Shown here piece after piece: positions 1-9,228 of a DNA stretch of 24,000 nt (its first letter is position 1; each line of letters starts with the position of its first letter). Below the pieces are notes generated by a model. The model made no database searches. It was not told where the DNA came from and saw nothing but the letters and a program-made list of their open reading frames with translations. The stretch lies in NCBI GenBank assembly GCA_024399545.1, contig JAKSNS010000008.1, positions 1-24,000 of the forward strand, given 5' to 3'. Both the position numbers and the translations under genes were made by a program. The DNA comes from Paludibacteraceae bacterium. GTDB taxonomy: Bacteria; Bacteroidota; Bacteroidia; Bacteroidales; Paludibacteraceae.

Positions 1-27
1 TTTTTTCGGGTTGTGTTTTTTTGTTTG

Positions 28-67
<40 letters not shown>

Positions 68-344
68 GTATTTTTTCGGGGCTGTAAATCAGCGGGTTAA
101 ATAGGGCAAATGCTTTTCGATAGTGCTTTTGCCTTGTGGTTATTGGTGTTTTTCCTGAGTTGGACGACGTGTTTTTCCCTTGGGAATGTGTTTTTTCTGA
201 AAATAAGGCTCTATAACGTTTCGTGTGGATGACTTTGCACGCAAACTCAAAGCTCTGAAAAATCGTGCAAGCGAAAGCAGAAACGAAGCTTGCTTCGGTT
301 ATGCTGAGTGTAGCCGATTTTATTAAAAGAGCGACATAAATCAG

Positions 345-364
345 CCCAGGGTGTAAACCCTGGG
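345..364 (-). terminator. GC-rich hairpin (stem cccaggg/ccctggg, 6-nt loop) downstream of the AddB-like gene; putative intrinsic terminator.
   Basis: A perfect 7-bp inverted repeat at 345-351 and 358-364. On the minus strand it is followed by a moderately T-rich stretch (ctgatttatgtcgctcttttaataaaat). It lies about 90 nt after the stop codon at 450. Confidence 0.45.
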
Positions 365-390
365 TAACAAGGCATTACCCATAAGGTATT

Positions 391-408
391 CCCCTCCTTG
401 GGGAGGGG
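391..408 (-). terminator. GC-rich hairpin (stem cccctcc/ggagggg, 4-nt loop) just downstream of the AddB-like stop codon.
   Basis: A perfect 7-bp inverted repeat at 391-397 and 402-408, about 40 nt after the stop at 450. No clear U-tract follows, so a terminator function is uncertain. Confidence 0.35.
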
Positions 409-421
409 GCAGGGGGTGGGG
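400..421 (+). other. Canonical G-quadruplex-forming motif GGGG-A-GGGGG-CA-GGGGG-T-GGGG on the plus strand.
   Basis: Four G-runs of at least 4 are separated by 1-2 nt loops, read directly at 400-421. The motif overlaps the 3' arm of the 391-408 hairpin. Confidence 0.6.
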
Positions 422-449
422 AAAATCCAATTCAGTGAATAAACCCACT

Positions 450-3230
450 CTATTTAGCCGTGAGGCATAGCTCGTGGAAGGGACAGTATTTGCAGTTGTC
501 TCTGTTTTCCGCGGTGCGGAGGAATAGTGATGGCGTGTCAAGGCATTTGCGTAGGTCCGTTAGGGTTTCCGCCATGCGTGCCTCAAATTCTGGCATTATC
601 ACTTCATAGTCAGTAAGTTCCATGACACCATCACTGGTCTCTGTTTGGATTGGTGTGAAGTCTTTCTTGTCTTTCTCCTTCGATAACGTGTAAATCTTGA
701 ATAGTTGAGGGATTAGTCGTGCGTTTGCGAAATCTGGCGTGCGGCGGAGGATGGCGCAGTATAGTAGCACTTGCATAACCTCAAGGTCGTATTTGCGGAC
801 TTTGTCGATTGAGAACATTCGGTCAAGCGACGCTTTCGTGTCATCTACCGAGGTTTTGTAGTCTATTACTACATATTCTCCACTCTCCATCCTGTCAATA
901 CGGTCAATAATCGCCTTTATTTTGAACCCTTCAAAGTCGGTGGTGAACTCAACTTCCGTTTGTACGTCGTAGAACTTTGCTCGTGACTCGTCAAAATTGA
1001 TTATGCGTCGAACTAGGGTTTTCAGTGAGTTGAATGCCAGGATGTCGTAGCCTCGGTTATGACGTTGGCGGACAACTTCTGCGTATGCCTGTTCGCAGAA
1101 TGTCGTTATCAGCTTTGACGATTGTTCTGCCGTCAGCAGGTGGTTCTCCCCTACTTTTTTGTAATACAGTTCAAGCGCACGGTGAAGGAGTTTGCCGAAA
1201 GTGCTGTCGGATATCGTGTCGTCTATGTCGTCTTGTTCTCTCAGGTTTAGCAGGTATTCGTAATAGAAACGCAGTGGGCAGGTGATGAATTTCTTGAGCG
1301 ATGAAGCGGATATTTGGGTGAGTCTATGAGCGGTAGGTGTTTGCTCGAAGTATGGTGTGAACAGGTTCTTCGACTGGTCGATGGTGTGTGCGATGGCGGC
1401 GTTGGCGTTTGTCATCGTGATGCCGTGGATGTAGCGCAATTGGTTGTAGAAGCGTGAGACTTCGGTCTTTGAATCCTCGTTCGTGGCGGTGGTGTAGATT
1501 AGGTCAAGGCGGCGACAACGGTGCAGCATACGGTAGAAGTTGTATGCGTAGATGCTGTTAGTGATTTCGTGCGAAGGCAATCCGTAGGGTTTTCGCAGTG
1601 AGTAGGGGATTATGGAGTTCGTCATGCCGTTGTTGCCAGGCACGAATTGGTCGTTGAAACCAACGAAGATTATGTTGTCGAAATCGAGCAGTCGGCATTC
1701 CAAAAGTCCCATAACCTGAAGTCCCTGAAGGGGTTCGCCACGGAACTGTACTTTCATTCCACGGGTTATCCTACGAATAAGTGCGTAAGTTTCGGTCTCG
1801 TCGGCAGATATGTCGGCGGACAAGAGGTGGTTGCGCAGGTTCTCTATTTGTGTCGTGTATTGGCGGACGAAATGGTGGTCTATGACTTCTGTGTCAGTGG
1901 CGGGATTGTCTTGTCGGTCAATGCTTTCCTTCAATCGGTTCAGGACCTGTAGCAGATAGCCGAATGTGTCGTGGTTGCGTGCGAAAAGCTGTTTGTCAAG
2001 CGATTGCAATTGTGCGGTAGGTATGCGGGAAATGTTGTTCTTTCGTATGTTTGAAATAATTTGCGTCGTTTCTGCTACAAGGCGGTTGCTCTCGTCATTT
2101 AGGTAAAGTTTGAGATAGGGGTGTGTGAGAAGGTCAATTAGTGGTTTATGGTATATTTTCTCAATGCCGTCGCTGTCAATCTCTATGCTGAGTTGCATTC
2201 GTATGACAAGGTTGACGAAATTTGCTATCTGGGTGCTTGCGAGTGGGTAACCCATTGTGACATTGATTTTTTTGATGTCACGAAGGTTGCTTAGCGTCTC
2301 TATGAGCATACTTTCGTCAGCAAGTACGATAGCTGTGTTTTCCTCGACATTGTCGTTGTTTCTTGCTATGTCTGACATCGCGCGACGCAAGGAATCTCCT
2401 TGTTCTGCAGATGTCATACAAGGGTATTCGTTGATGTCTGACGGTATGTTGAAACGGAAATCCCGGATGTTCGCTGAGTGATAGTCGAAGTCTGTGTCCT
2501 TGCGTTGCAGGGCGTTATAGTCAAAAACCATTCTGCGGTTGGTGAATTTCTCAATCACACGTTTTTCGCTTTCCGTCAGGATGTTGAACCCTGCGAATAT
2601 GATTTGTGCCTCCGAAAAACCCGAATCTTCGGCGTTGCATAGGTCACGGAAGAACATTCCCTCGTATGCTATGCCTTGCCCACGGAGAAGCGTCTGGAAT
2701 GTTTCGTAGAGTGGGTACATTATATTCCAGAGCATTGAGAAGCGTTGGTGGAAAAGTAGGGGAGTGTCGTCAGGTTTGGCAAGGAGTGTGTCGTAGAAGT
2801 GGCGGATGCTTTCGTCAGTGTTCGCTGTAAGTCCCGAAAGGTCGTTGATGTTCTGGAAAAGCGTCTGTGCGTCAACAAGGTATTTGTCTATTTCGTTGAA
2901 GTCGTGGAGGATTTTAGTGCCGAGTTCTATGAAGGATTTCAGTTGGTGGGTGTCTGATGGTGCAACGATAGTGTATGCTTTATATAGCCAAATTATGAGT
3001 TCTGTATCGTCAGCACGGCGCAGTGTAGACTGCTCTTCCACGAAACGGTTGATGTCCGTCACGTGGGGGAGTATGATGACCCTGCCGTCCCTTGACAGGC
3101 GTGACAAGGCACGGGTGAAGAAGAGACCTGCGCGGCGGTTAGGGAAAACGTAGGTTTGTCCGCTCAGGTCTATATTTTTGCCGTAGCCTTGTATGGCGTT
3201 TTCGGCGAGTGCGTCAATGAAGTGTCGCAT
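450..3230 (-). CDS. AddB-like PD-(D/E)XK nuclease family protein (inactivated-helicase N-terminal region plus C-terminal RecB-type nuclease with an Fe-S cysteine cluster).
   Basis: 926-aa ORF with an ATG start. The C-terminus carries a RecB-family nuclease core (IDRIDRMESGEYVVIDYKTS) and four cysteines arranged as in the AddB iron staple (FITCPLRFYYEY ... CKYCPFHELC). No Walker A motif is visible in the N-terminal region. Confidence 0.8.
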   Translation of the reverse strand: MRHFIDALAENAIQGYGKNIDLSGQTYVFPNRRAGLFFTRALSRLSRDGRVIILPHVTDINRFVEEQSTLRRADDTELIIWLYKAYTIVAPSDTHQLKSFIELGTKILHDFNEIDKYLVDAQTLFQNINDLSGLTANTDESIRHFYDTLLAKPDDTPLLFHQRFSMLWNIMYPLYETFQTLLRGQGIAYEGMFFRDLCNAEDSGFSEAQIIFAGFNILTESEKRVIEKFTNRRMVFDYNALQRKDTDFDYHSANIRDFRFNIPSDINEYPCMTSAEQGDSLRRAMSDIARNNDNVEENTAIVLADESMLIETLSNLRDIKKINVTMGYPLASTQIANFVNLVIRMQLSIEIDSDGIEKIYHKPLIDLLTHPYLKLYLNDESNRLVAETTQIISNIRKNNISRIPTAQLQSLDKQLFARNHDTFGYLLQVLNRLKESIDRQDNPATDTEVIDHHFVRQYTTQIENLRNHLLSADISADETETYALIRRITRGMKVQFRGEPLQGLQVMGLLECRLLDFDNIIFVGFNDQFVPGNNGMTNSIIPYSLRKPYGLPSHEITNSIYAYNFYRMLHRCRRLDLIYTTATNEDSKTEVSRFYNQLRYIHGITMTNANAAIAHTIDQSKNLFTPYFEQTPTAHRLTQISASSLKKFITCPLRFYYEYLLNLREQDDIDDTISDSTFGKLLHRALELYYKKVGENHLLTAEQSSKLITTFCEQAYAEVVRQRHNRGYDILAFNSLKTLVRRIINFDESRAKFYDVQTEVEFTTDFEGFKIKAIIDRIDRMESGEYVVIDYKTSVDDTKASLDRMFSIDKVRKYDLEVMQVLLYCAILRRTPDFANARLIPQLFKIYTLSKEKDKKDFTPIQTETSDGVMELTDYEVIMPEFEARMAETLTDLRKCLDTPSLFLRTAENRDNCKYCPFHELCLTAK

Positions 3231-3233
3231 GGT

Positions 3234-4142
3234 TTATTTGACTGGCTCTACAGTGTAGCCTGCTTTGCGAAGAAGCGTGATGACTCCTGTCTCGTCAAGA
3301 AGGTGTCCCGAACCTACGACAAAAAGCGTAGGGGCTTTCTTCATAATGTCAGGCATTATGGCAAGCCAGTTGTTGTTTCTCATCGTGAGCATCTTCTCCA
3401 TGTCTTTCTCGTTTAGTTCGTCACACTCGTTGCCAAACTTCATGTTCATTGCGTCTATAACTCCTTGCGCATCTTGTTTGATGTAAGCGTCAGTCATTAC
3501 GATGAGTTGTTTCTTTCCGACTTCTATGTTGTCGAGTAGGCAGTTGAATGACTCAACTTGTTGCTCGATGGAAATTGAGTTTAAAAGCATATCAATTTGG
3601 AATTTGCATGATTCCAAACCTCCCACTATCTTTCTCTCTTTAAGTGCCTGATTTTGGAAATACATGTCAATGCCTTTGTTAGGGTCGAATTTTCCAGGGT
3701 ACTCTTTGAGGTACATAAGTGCTTCAATCTGGTTTTCGATGGCTGCGGGTTTCATTTTACCCAATGAAGAGAATAGCAAAGGGTTGTCGAGGTTGGTGCC
3801 AACCAGTTCAAGTAACAGTTCGTTGAGCTTGTTGTAATGCTCTGGGTCAAGGATGTCTTTGATGGTGGTTTCATCAGGAAGCATCATAGCCTCTTGCATC
3901 ATCTTCAAGGTGTCAGGACTCATGAGGTTGGACATTATTACTTCGCCATAAACCTGTTTCGTGCTTTTCATCACTTTGTCAAGGCCTGGGATAGTGTTGG
4001 CGAAAGTCTCGTCAACCAAATGGTGCGTACCTATGATGTAGGATGCTTTTTTCAGGCCGTTACCTGAGATTTTGTAGAGGATTTGGCCGTTTGCCAAAGT
4101 TGCGCTCATAATTACGAGGGCAAGGAGAATGATTTTTTTCAT
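3234..4142 (-). CDS. TraB/GumN family protein, secreted or periplasmic.
   Basis: 302-aa ORF with an N-terminal signal peptide (MKKIILLALVIMSATLANG). Family-typical motifs are present: LYKISGNGLKKASYIIGTHHL near the N-terminus and FVVGSGHLLDETGVITLLRKAGYTVEPV at the C-terminus. Its stop lies 4 nt upstream of the AddB-like start. Confidence 0.8.
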   Translation of the reverse strand: MKKIILLALVIMSATLANGQILYKISGNGLKKASYIIGTHHLVDETFANTIPGLDKVMKSTKQVYGEVIMSNLMSPDTLKMMQEAMMLPDETTIKDILDPEHYNKLNELLLELVGTNLDNPLLFSSLGKMKPAAIENQIEALMYLKEYPGKFDPNKGIDMYFQNQALKERKIVGGLESCKFQIDMLLNSISIEQQVESFNCLLDNIEVGKKQLIVMTDAYIKQDAQGVIDAMNMKFGNECDELNEKDMEKMLTMRNNNWLAIMPDIMKKAPTLFVVGSGHLLDETGVITLLRKAGYTVEPVK

Positions 4143-4186
4143 AATGGTTTATTTTGTTGTGTATAGTGGTTATGAGTTAGACGGTG

Positions 4187-4194
4187 CAAAGGTA
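4187..4194 (-). promoter_or_regulatory. Bacteroidota sigma-A -7 box TACCTTTG (consensus TAnnTTTG) for the TraB/GumN-AddB-like operon.
   Basis: The plus strand reads caaaggta at 4187-4194, about 45 nt upstream of the ATG at 4142. A TTTG -33-like element (plus-strand caaa at 4214-4217) sits 19 nt further upstream. The site lies in the 85-nt intergenic gap. Confidence 0.6.
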
Positions 4195-4227
4195 CGAAAA
4201 ATTACTGAGAACACAAAGTTTTTTTCT

Positions 4228-5130
4228 TTATTTTTTATTGTAGTACCATAGTTGCCAACTGTTGAAGAGGTTTGCGAATATGCTGTAGAAGGCAAGAATG
4301 CAGGATGAAAGGGGGTTTAGGTACATATTGCCCATCCAGATGCCCATGGCGGTGTTTTTCTGTCCGAGCAGCTGTCCGCCAGCTATGGTGTCTCCGAAGT
4401 GATGTCCTATCAGTTTGCCAAAACCAAATTGCAGTGCGCAGAAGAATAGTGCGAGAAAACCGAGCCAAAGGATGTTGGCTGTGTTTCCTTCGCCATGGAT
4501 AAAGATAAAGTCTATTGTCTGACCGAGTGTTAGCAGCAGCGCGGTTGCCCAAAGGTAGAACGATAGTCCGTTGTAGCGTGCTATGGCTTTGCCTACACGA
4601 GGTGCCCATAATTGCAATGCAAGGGCAATGAAGAACGGTATTGCAAGTACAGAAGCCACACGCTTGAGAATAAGCAGGAAAGAGTCGAGGAAAGGCATCG
4701 TTTGCTGAACGCCTATAAAAGAGAAGACTACAGGGGCAACGCATGCTACCATCAGGTTGCCTATCATAGTGTATGTAGTTACGCGCACACGGTTGGCTCC
4801 AAGCATACACGAGACTACGGCGACCGATGACGCTACAGGGCAAAGGACACAAATCAGCACTCCTTCGGCAATTATGGTATTACGGGTTGTTGCCATTACA
4901 AGAATGTAGCCGCCAAGGCTGACGACAATCTGGAAAAGTGCGAGAATGAGGTCCATCCAACTGGGTTTCAGCGAGAAAATATCAACAGAGGTGAACGAGA
5001 AGACGAGTATGGAAAAAATAATGTAGGGGGTTACGAAACTTGCACGGCCGCAAAAGTCGTGGAGCAGAATGCCGAGGATAATGGCGGCAGGAAGGACGTA
5101 GGGTTTGATTTTTTGTTTTGTGTTTTGCAT
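4228..5130 (-). CDS. Polytopic integral membrane protein, transporter-like (possibly a bile-acid:Na+ symporter/SBF-like fold).
   Basis: 300-aa ORF with an ATG start. It is hydrophobic throughout, with roughly 9-10 predicted membrane spans. The family assignment is from general resemblance only. Confidence 0.6.
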   Translation of the reverse strand: MQNTKQKIKPYVLPAAIILGILLHDFCGRASFVTPYIIFSILVFSFTSVDIFSLKPSWMDLILALFQIVVSLGGYILVMATTRNTIIAEGVLICVLCPVASSVAVVSCMLGANRVRVTTYTMIGNLMVACVAPVVFSFIGVQQTMPFLDSFLLILKRVASVLAIPFFIALALQLWAPRVGKAIARYNGLSFYLWATALLLTLGQTIDFIFIHGEGNTANILWLGFLALFFCALQFGFGKLIGHHFGDTIAGGQLLGQKNTAMGIWMGNMYLNPLSSCILAFYSIFANLFNSWQLWYYNKK

Positions 5131-5133
5131 TTC

Positions 5134-5171
5134 AAAAAAACTAACCTTAGCGGCATTCCCGCTAAGGTTAG
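5134..5171 (-). terminator. Rho-independent terminator after the DUF805 gene: a perfect 13-bp stem (5141-5153 / 5159-5171), a 5-nt loop, then a T7 run on the minus strand.
   Basis: ctaaccttagcgg-cattc-ccgctaaggttag is read directly, and the plus-strand a7 at 5134-5140 gives the U-tract on the minus-strand transcript. It lies between the stop at 5197 and the next start at 5130. Confidence 0.8.
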
Positions 5172-5196
5172 ATATTGATAGAAGTAAGTTTTACGT

Positions 5197-5646
5197 TTAG
5201 ATTTCTGGCTTGTCACCGTACTTGTTGACACCTTCAGAGCCACGGATACAGCCGAAGACTATCCACCAAATCCAACCTATGATAGGAACAAAGGTAGGAA
5301 GGAAGTGAATCCAGCCGAGGTTGATGTCGTGCAGACGGCGAACCTCAACGGCAATCGTTGGTATGAGCATAGCCAAACCCCAGATGGTTGGGAGAATGCT
5401 GAGACCGGTTTCTTCAGGGTGCAGCTCGTAGTAGTGTGCGAGGTAAGGCACTGATAAACCGGAAATGATTGACTCGATAAAAATACCTACTTGTCCCAAA
5501 TCTATAGGGGCGAGGAACAGGGTGTCAATGAAAGCCAGAATGTCGAAGATGATGATTGAGAACAGTGCGAAGCACCACATCTCCTTACGGCTGGCACGTC
5601 CACGGAAAGTAGCGTAGTTTTTCAGACAATGTATTGTATATTTCAT
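5197..5646 (-). CDS. DUF805 domain-containing inner membrane protein.
   Basis: 149-aa ORF. DUF805 hallmarks are present: FRGRASRKEMWCFALF near the N-terminus and VRRLHDINLGW later, with 3-4 hydrophobic spans. Confidence 0.8.
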   Translation of the reverse strand: MKYTIHCLKNYATFRGRASRKEMWCFALFSIIIFDILAFIDTLFLAPIDLGQVGIFIESIISGLSVPYLAHYYELHPEETGLSILPTIWGLAMLIPTIAVEVRRLHDINLGWIHFLPTFVPIIGWIWWIVFGCIRGSEGVNKYGDKPEI

Positions 5647-5665
5647 AACATTATGAATTAAATGG

Positions 5666-7009
5666 TTACATTATGGTTGGCAACCAGATGAAGAGCACCT
5701 GGATAAGGATATAGACAGGGAGAAGGACGATAAGTGAGAACTTAATCATATAGCCGAAGAATGAAGGCATCTTGATTCCGCTCTCCTCAGCGATGGACTT
5801 AACCATAAAGTTAGGGCCATTGCCAATGTAGGTCATTGCACCGAAGAATACAGCACCGATTGAGATTGCCTGAAGGAGAAGTTCAGGGAATGCGCAGTCT
5901 TTCATATTGAGCATATTTGCGCCCATAGCCTCTGGGAAGTCAGGTCCGAGACCACAGCCAACCTCGTAGAATGCCACGGCTGTAGGGGTGTTGTCGAGGA
6001 ACGAGCTGAGGAGACCTGTCACATAATAGAACTGTGAAGGCGAAGAGAGTCCGAGTTCAGCTGCGTGACCCTTGAGGTAAATCAACGCAGGGGTCATTGT
6101 GGCGAAAATGCCGACGAAGAGGAACGCGACCTCGACAATAGGTGCCCACGAGAACTTGTTGGCTTCATAGCGTACATCCTTCTTGGTGGTGGCAAGCGAG
6201 AGAAGGGTCACTGCGACAAGGATGATTTCGCGCATGAATGGGAAATAGATACCTTCGAGCATCTTGTTGTCCTCGTAAACGAAAGCTACAGAGAAGACGA
6301 TGCAGATGAGCCAAAGGAAGTTGATGTTGCCTTTGACTGAGAGAGGGGTGATTTCCTGGGCATCACGGACGAGTGCCTCAGTGTCCTCTTTCTTATATTC
6401 ATGGCAATCAATGATGTAGTAGAGAATCAGCAGGATTGCGCCGGCGAAGAGCCATTGCATCCACATTGACATGAACCAAGTGAAGGATACGCCGCGGAGG
6501 AAGAGCATGAACAACGGAGGGTCGCCGAGCGGTGTCATCAGACCACCGCAGTTAGCCACGAGGGCGATGAAGAAGAGCACAGTATGGAGTTTGTGCTTGC
6601 GCTGCTGATTGGTGGTGAGCACAGGACGGATGAGGAGCATGGCTGCACCTGTAGTACCCATGACAGACGCCAGAATGAAGCCGATGGCGAGGAAGAGGGT
6701 ATTTACTTTAGGTGTTGCCATAATATCACCGCTGAGGTTGATACCGCCTGTCACAACGAACAGGGAGAGCAGCAGGATGATGAAAGGCACATAATCGTAG
6801 AGCATCTGGTGCATGATGGCATGTGAGCCTTCGTGACCGCCAGTCACAATCATATAGATTGCCACAGGTATGCCCAAAATCAATGATACGATGAGTTTGT
6901 TGGTGTTTTTTTCCCACCATTCGCCTACGACGAGGGGTGCGATGGCAATCATCAACAACATCACGATGAATGGCAGCATTGCCCACCATTCAACCATAAA
7001 TTCAGTCAT
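5666..7009 (-). CDS. Sodium:proton antiporter-like permease (ArsB/NhaD / citrate-transporter superfamily).
   Basis: 447-aa highly hydrophobic ORF with an ATG start and more than 10 spans. The size and sequence style match Bacteroidota proteins annotated as sodium:proton antiporters. The substrate is not inferable from the sequence. Confidence 0.7.
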   Translation of the reverse strand: MTEFMVEWWAMLPFIVMLLMIAIAPLVVGEWWEKNTNKLIVSLILGIPVAIYMIVTGGHEGSHAIMHQMLYDYVPFIILLLSLFVVTGGINLSGDIMATPKVNTLFLAIGFILASVMGTTGAAMLLIRPVLTTNQQRKHKLHTVLFFIALVANCGGLMTPLGDPPLFMLFLRGVSFTWFMSMWMQWLFAGAILLILYYIIDCHEYKKEDTEALVRDAQEITPLSVKGNINFLWLICIVFSVAFVYEDNKMLEGIYFPFMREIILVAVTLLSLATTKKDVRYEANKFSWAPIVEVAFLFVGIFATMTPALIYLKGHAAELGLSSPSQFYYVTGLLSSFLDNTPTAVAFYEVGCGLGPDFPEAMGANMLNMKDCAFPELLLQAISIGAVFFGAMTYIGNGPNFMVKSIAEESGIKMPSFFGYMIKFSLIVLLPVYILIQVLFIWLPTIM

Positions 7010-7033
7010 AATTGTTTATTGTTAAGTTTATTA

Positions 7034-8824
7034 TTAATCGAGTTTGAGGACGGCGAGGAATGCCTTCTGCGGCACCTCGACGTTGCCAATCTGCTTCATG
7101 CGCTTTTTGCCTCGTTTCTGTTTCTCAAGCAATTTACGCTTACGGGTGATATCACCGCCGTAACATTTTGCCGTGACATCCTTACGCACCTGCTTAACTG
7201 TCTCGCGGGCAATGATTTTTGCGCCTATTGCTGCCTGTATGGCTATGTCAAACTGTTGGCGAGGGATGAGTTCGCTCAGTTTCTCGCACATGCGGCGACC
7301 TAAGGCGTAAGCGTTGTCGAAGTGTATCAGCGACGAAAGAGCATCAACGCCTTCGCCGTTCAGAAGAATATCCAGTTTGACAAGTTTCGATGGCCGATAG
7401 CCGTTCATGTGGTAGTCGAACGATGCGTAACCCTTTGATATACTCTTCAGTTTGTCGTAGAAGTCAAAGACAATCTCGCCAAGAGGCATGTCGAAAATAA
7501 GTTCCATGCGGTTGCCCGACACATACTCCTGCTTGACCAGTTCGCCGCGTTTGTCGAGGCAAAGTGTCATTATTGGGCCAATGAATGTGCTTTGCGTGAT
7601 AATCGAGGCGCGGATGTATGGCTCTTCGATATGCTCAATCTCAGAGATGTCCGGCAGTCCTGAAGGGTTGTGAACCTCAAGCTCGTCGCCCTTTGTGGTG
7701 AACACCTTGTAAGATACGTTAGGGACTGTCGTTATGACGTTCATATCAAACTCACGGTCAAGGCGTTCCTGCACAATCTCCATATGCAGCATACCGAGAA
7801 AACCACAGCGGAAACCAAAGCCGAGAGCGGCAGACGACTCAGGCTCGAAGGTGAGCGATGCGTCGTTCAATTGCAATTTCTCAAGCGATGTGCGGAGGTT
7901 CTCGAAATCCTCAGTCTCAATAGGATAGACACCTGCGAAGACCATAGGCTTGACCTCCTCGAAACCTGAGATGGCCTTATCGCAAGGACGTGCCACATGG
8001 GTGATGGTATCACCGACCTTGACCTCCTTTGAGGTCTTTATGCCGGAGATTATATATCCCACGTTGCCCGCCGAAAGCTGCTTCTGGGGCATCATATCAA
8101 GTTTCAGCACACCAATCTCGTTAGCCTCGTACTCCTTGCCCGTGTTGACGAACTTCACCTGCTCGCCTGGCTTGATTGTCCCATTGATAATCTTGAAATA
8201 GGCGATGATACCACGGAACGAGTTAAACACAGAGTCGAAGATGAGGCATTGCAATGGCGCTTCAGGGTCGCCTTTTGGTGCGGGGACTTTATCGACGATG
8301 GCATCGAGTATCTCGTCAACGCCCATGCCGGTCTTGCCGCTTGCCCGTATAACCTCGCTACGGTCACAGCCCAGAAGGTCAACTATCTGATCCTCCACTT
8401 CGTCAGGCATTGCGCTGTCCATGTCCATCTTGTTCATCACAGGGATGATGGCAAGGTCATGCTCGATTGCCATATAGAGATTGGATATGGTCTGAGCCTG
8501 AATGCCTTGGGTAGCATCAACGATGAGCAACGCTCCTTCGCATGCAGCGATGGAGCGCGAGACCTCGTATGAGAAATCGACGTGGCCGGGAGTGTCAATC
8601 AGGTTGAGGATATACTCTTCACCGTTGCGTTGGTACCTCATTTGTATGGCGTGGCTCTTGATGGTGATGCCACGCTCACGCTCCAAATCCATGTCGTCAA
8701 GCACCTGAGCCTGAAGGTCACGTGCCTCGATGGTCTGGGTACGCTCCAGAAGTCGGTCGGCGAGAGTACTTTTGCCGTGGTCGATGTGTGCTATGATGCA
8801 GAAATTGCGGATGTTCTTCATCAC
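7034..8824 (-). CDS. lepA: Translation elongation factor 4 (LepA/EF4).
   Basis: 596-aa ORF with the G1 motif AHIDHGKST, then DTPGH and NKMD GTPase motifs, and the LepA-specific C-terminal region. The start is GTG at 8824 or the adjacent ATG at 8821, and it overlaps the trxA stop (GTGATGA). Confidence 0.97.
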   Translation of the reverse strand: MMKNIRNFCIIAHIDHGKSTLADRLLERTQTIEARDLQAQVLDDMDLERERGITIKSHAIQMRYQRNGEEYILNLIDTPGHVDFSYEVSRSIAACEGALLIVDATQGIQAQTISNLYMAIEHDLAIIPVMNKMDMDSAMPDEVEDQIVDLLGCDRSEVIRASGKTGMGVDEILDAIVDKVPAPKGDPEAPLQCLIFDSVFNSFRGIIAYFKIINGTIKPGEQVKFVNTGKEYEANEIGVLKLDMMPQKQLSAGNVGYIISGIKTSKEVKVGDTITHVARPCDKAISGFEEVKPMVFAGVYPIETEDFENLRTSLEKLQLNDASLTFEPESSAALGFGFRCGFLGMLHMEIVQERLDREFDMNVITTVPNVSYKVFTTKGDELEVHNPSGLPDISEIEHIEEPYIRASIITQSTFIGPIMTLCLDKRGELVKQEYVSGNRMELIFDMPLGEIVFDFYDKLKSISKGYASFDYHMNGYRPSKLVKLDILLNGEGVDALSSLIHFDNAYALGRRMCEKLSELIPRQQFDIAIQAAIGAKIIARETVKQVRKDVTAKCYGGDITRKRKLLEKQKRGKKRMKQIGNVEVPQKAFLAVLKLD

Positions 8825-9135
8825 GCCATCAGTTCATCAATAGCGGCACGCAGTTTAGCCTCAGGAACGGCACCAACGATTTTCTTCTTCATCTCACCGT
8901 TCTTGAAGAACATGAGTGTAGGCACTGAGCGAATGCCGTATTCGTCTGTTGCGTCAACGCACTCTTCGATGTCAACTTTGCCGAATGCCACTTTCCCGGT
9001 CATTTCTGCCTCGAGTTTTTCGAGAACTGGAGCGAGCGACTTGCATGGACCGCACCACTGTGCTGCGAAATCAAGTACTGTGAACTCGTTGTTATTCAAG
9101 AGTTCTTTGATAGTAGAATCTGTTACGTGTGTCAT
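8821..9135 (-). CDS. trxA: Thioredoxin.
   Basis: 104-aa ORF with the WCGPC active site in a thioredoxin-length protein. Confidence 0.93.
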   Translation of the reverse strand: MTHVTDSTIKELLNNNEFTVLDFAAQWCGPCKSLAPVLEKLEAEMTGKVAFGKVDIEECVDATDEYGIRSVPTLMFFKNGEMKKKIVGAVPEAKLRAAIDELMA

Positions 9136-9172
9136 ATTAGTGTATGGTTTATTTATATGTGAAATCAGGCTG

Positions 9173-9180
9173 CAAATTTA
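9173..9180 (-). promoter_or_regulatory. Bacteroidota -7 box TAAATTTG upstream of trxA-lepA.
   Basis: The plus strand reads caaattta at 9173-9180, about 38 nt upstream of the trxA ATG (9135), in the gap after the dnaE stop (9229). No well-spaced -33 TTTG was seen. Confidence 0.5.
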
Positions 9181-9228
9181 ATAAATAAAAATGACATTAT
9201 GGTCATTTTGGGGCAAATAATTTTGTAC

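Noticed and set aside
341-541. 66-aa minus-strand ORF spanning the AddB-like stop and the hairpin/G-run region.
   Set aside because: It overlaps the 3' end of the AddB-like CDS out of frame, and it runs through structured GC-rich repeats (its PLPPPQGGE segment comes from the G-runs). It has no independent start context.
4235-4852. 205-aa minus-strand ORF in an alternative frame inside the 300-aa membrane protein gene.
   Set aside because: It overlaps completely with a coherent multi-span membrane protein frame. Its own translation is R/C/S-rich and not protein-like.
8582-9181. 199-aa plus-strand ORF antisense to lepA and trxA.
   Set aside because: It uses a GTG start, lies entirely antisense to two strongly supported genes, and gives a low-complexity translation.
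9191-9206. Palindrome atgac-attatg-gtcat downstream of the dnaE stop, considered as a dnaE terminator.
   Set aside because: It has a 5-bp AT-containing stem and no U-tract. It could equally be chance in an AT-rich spacer.
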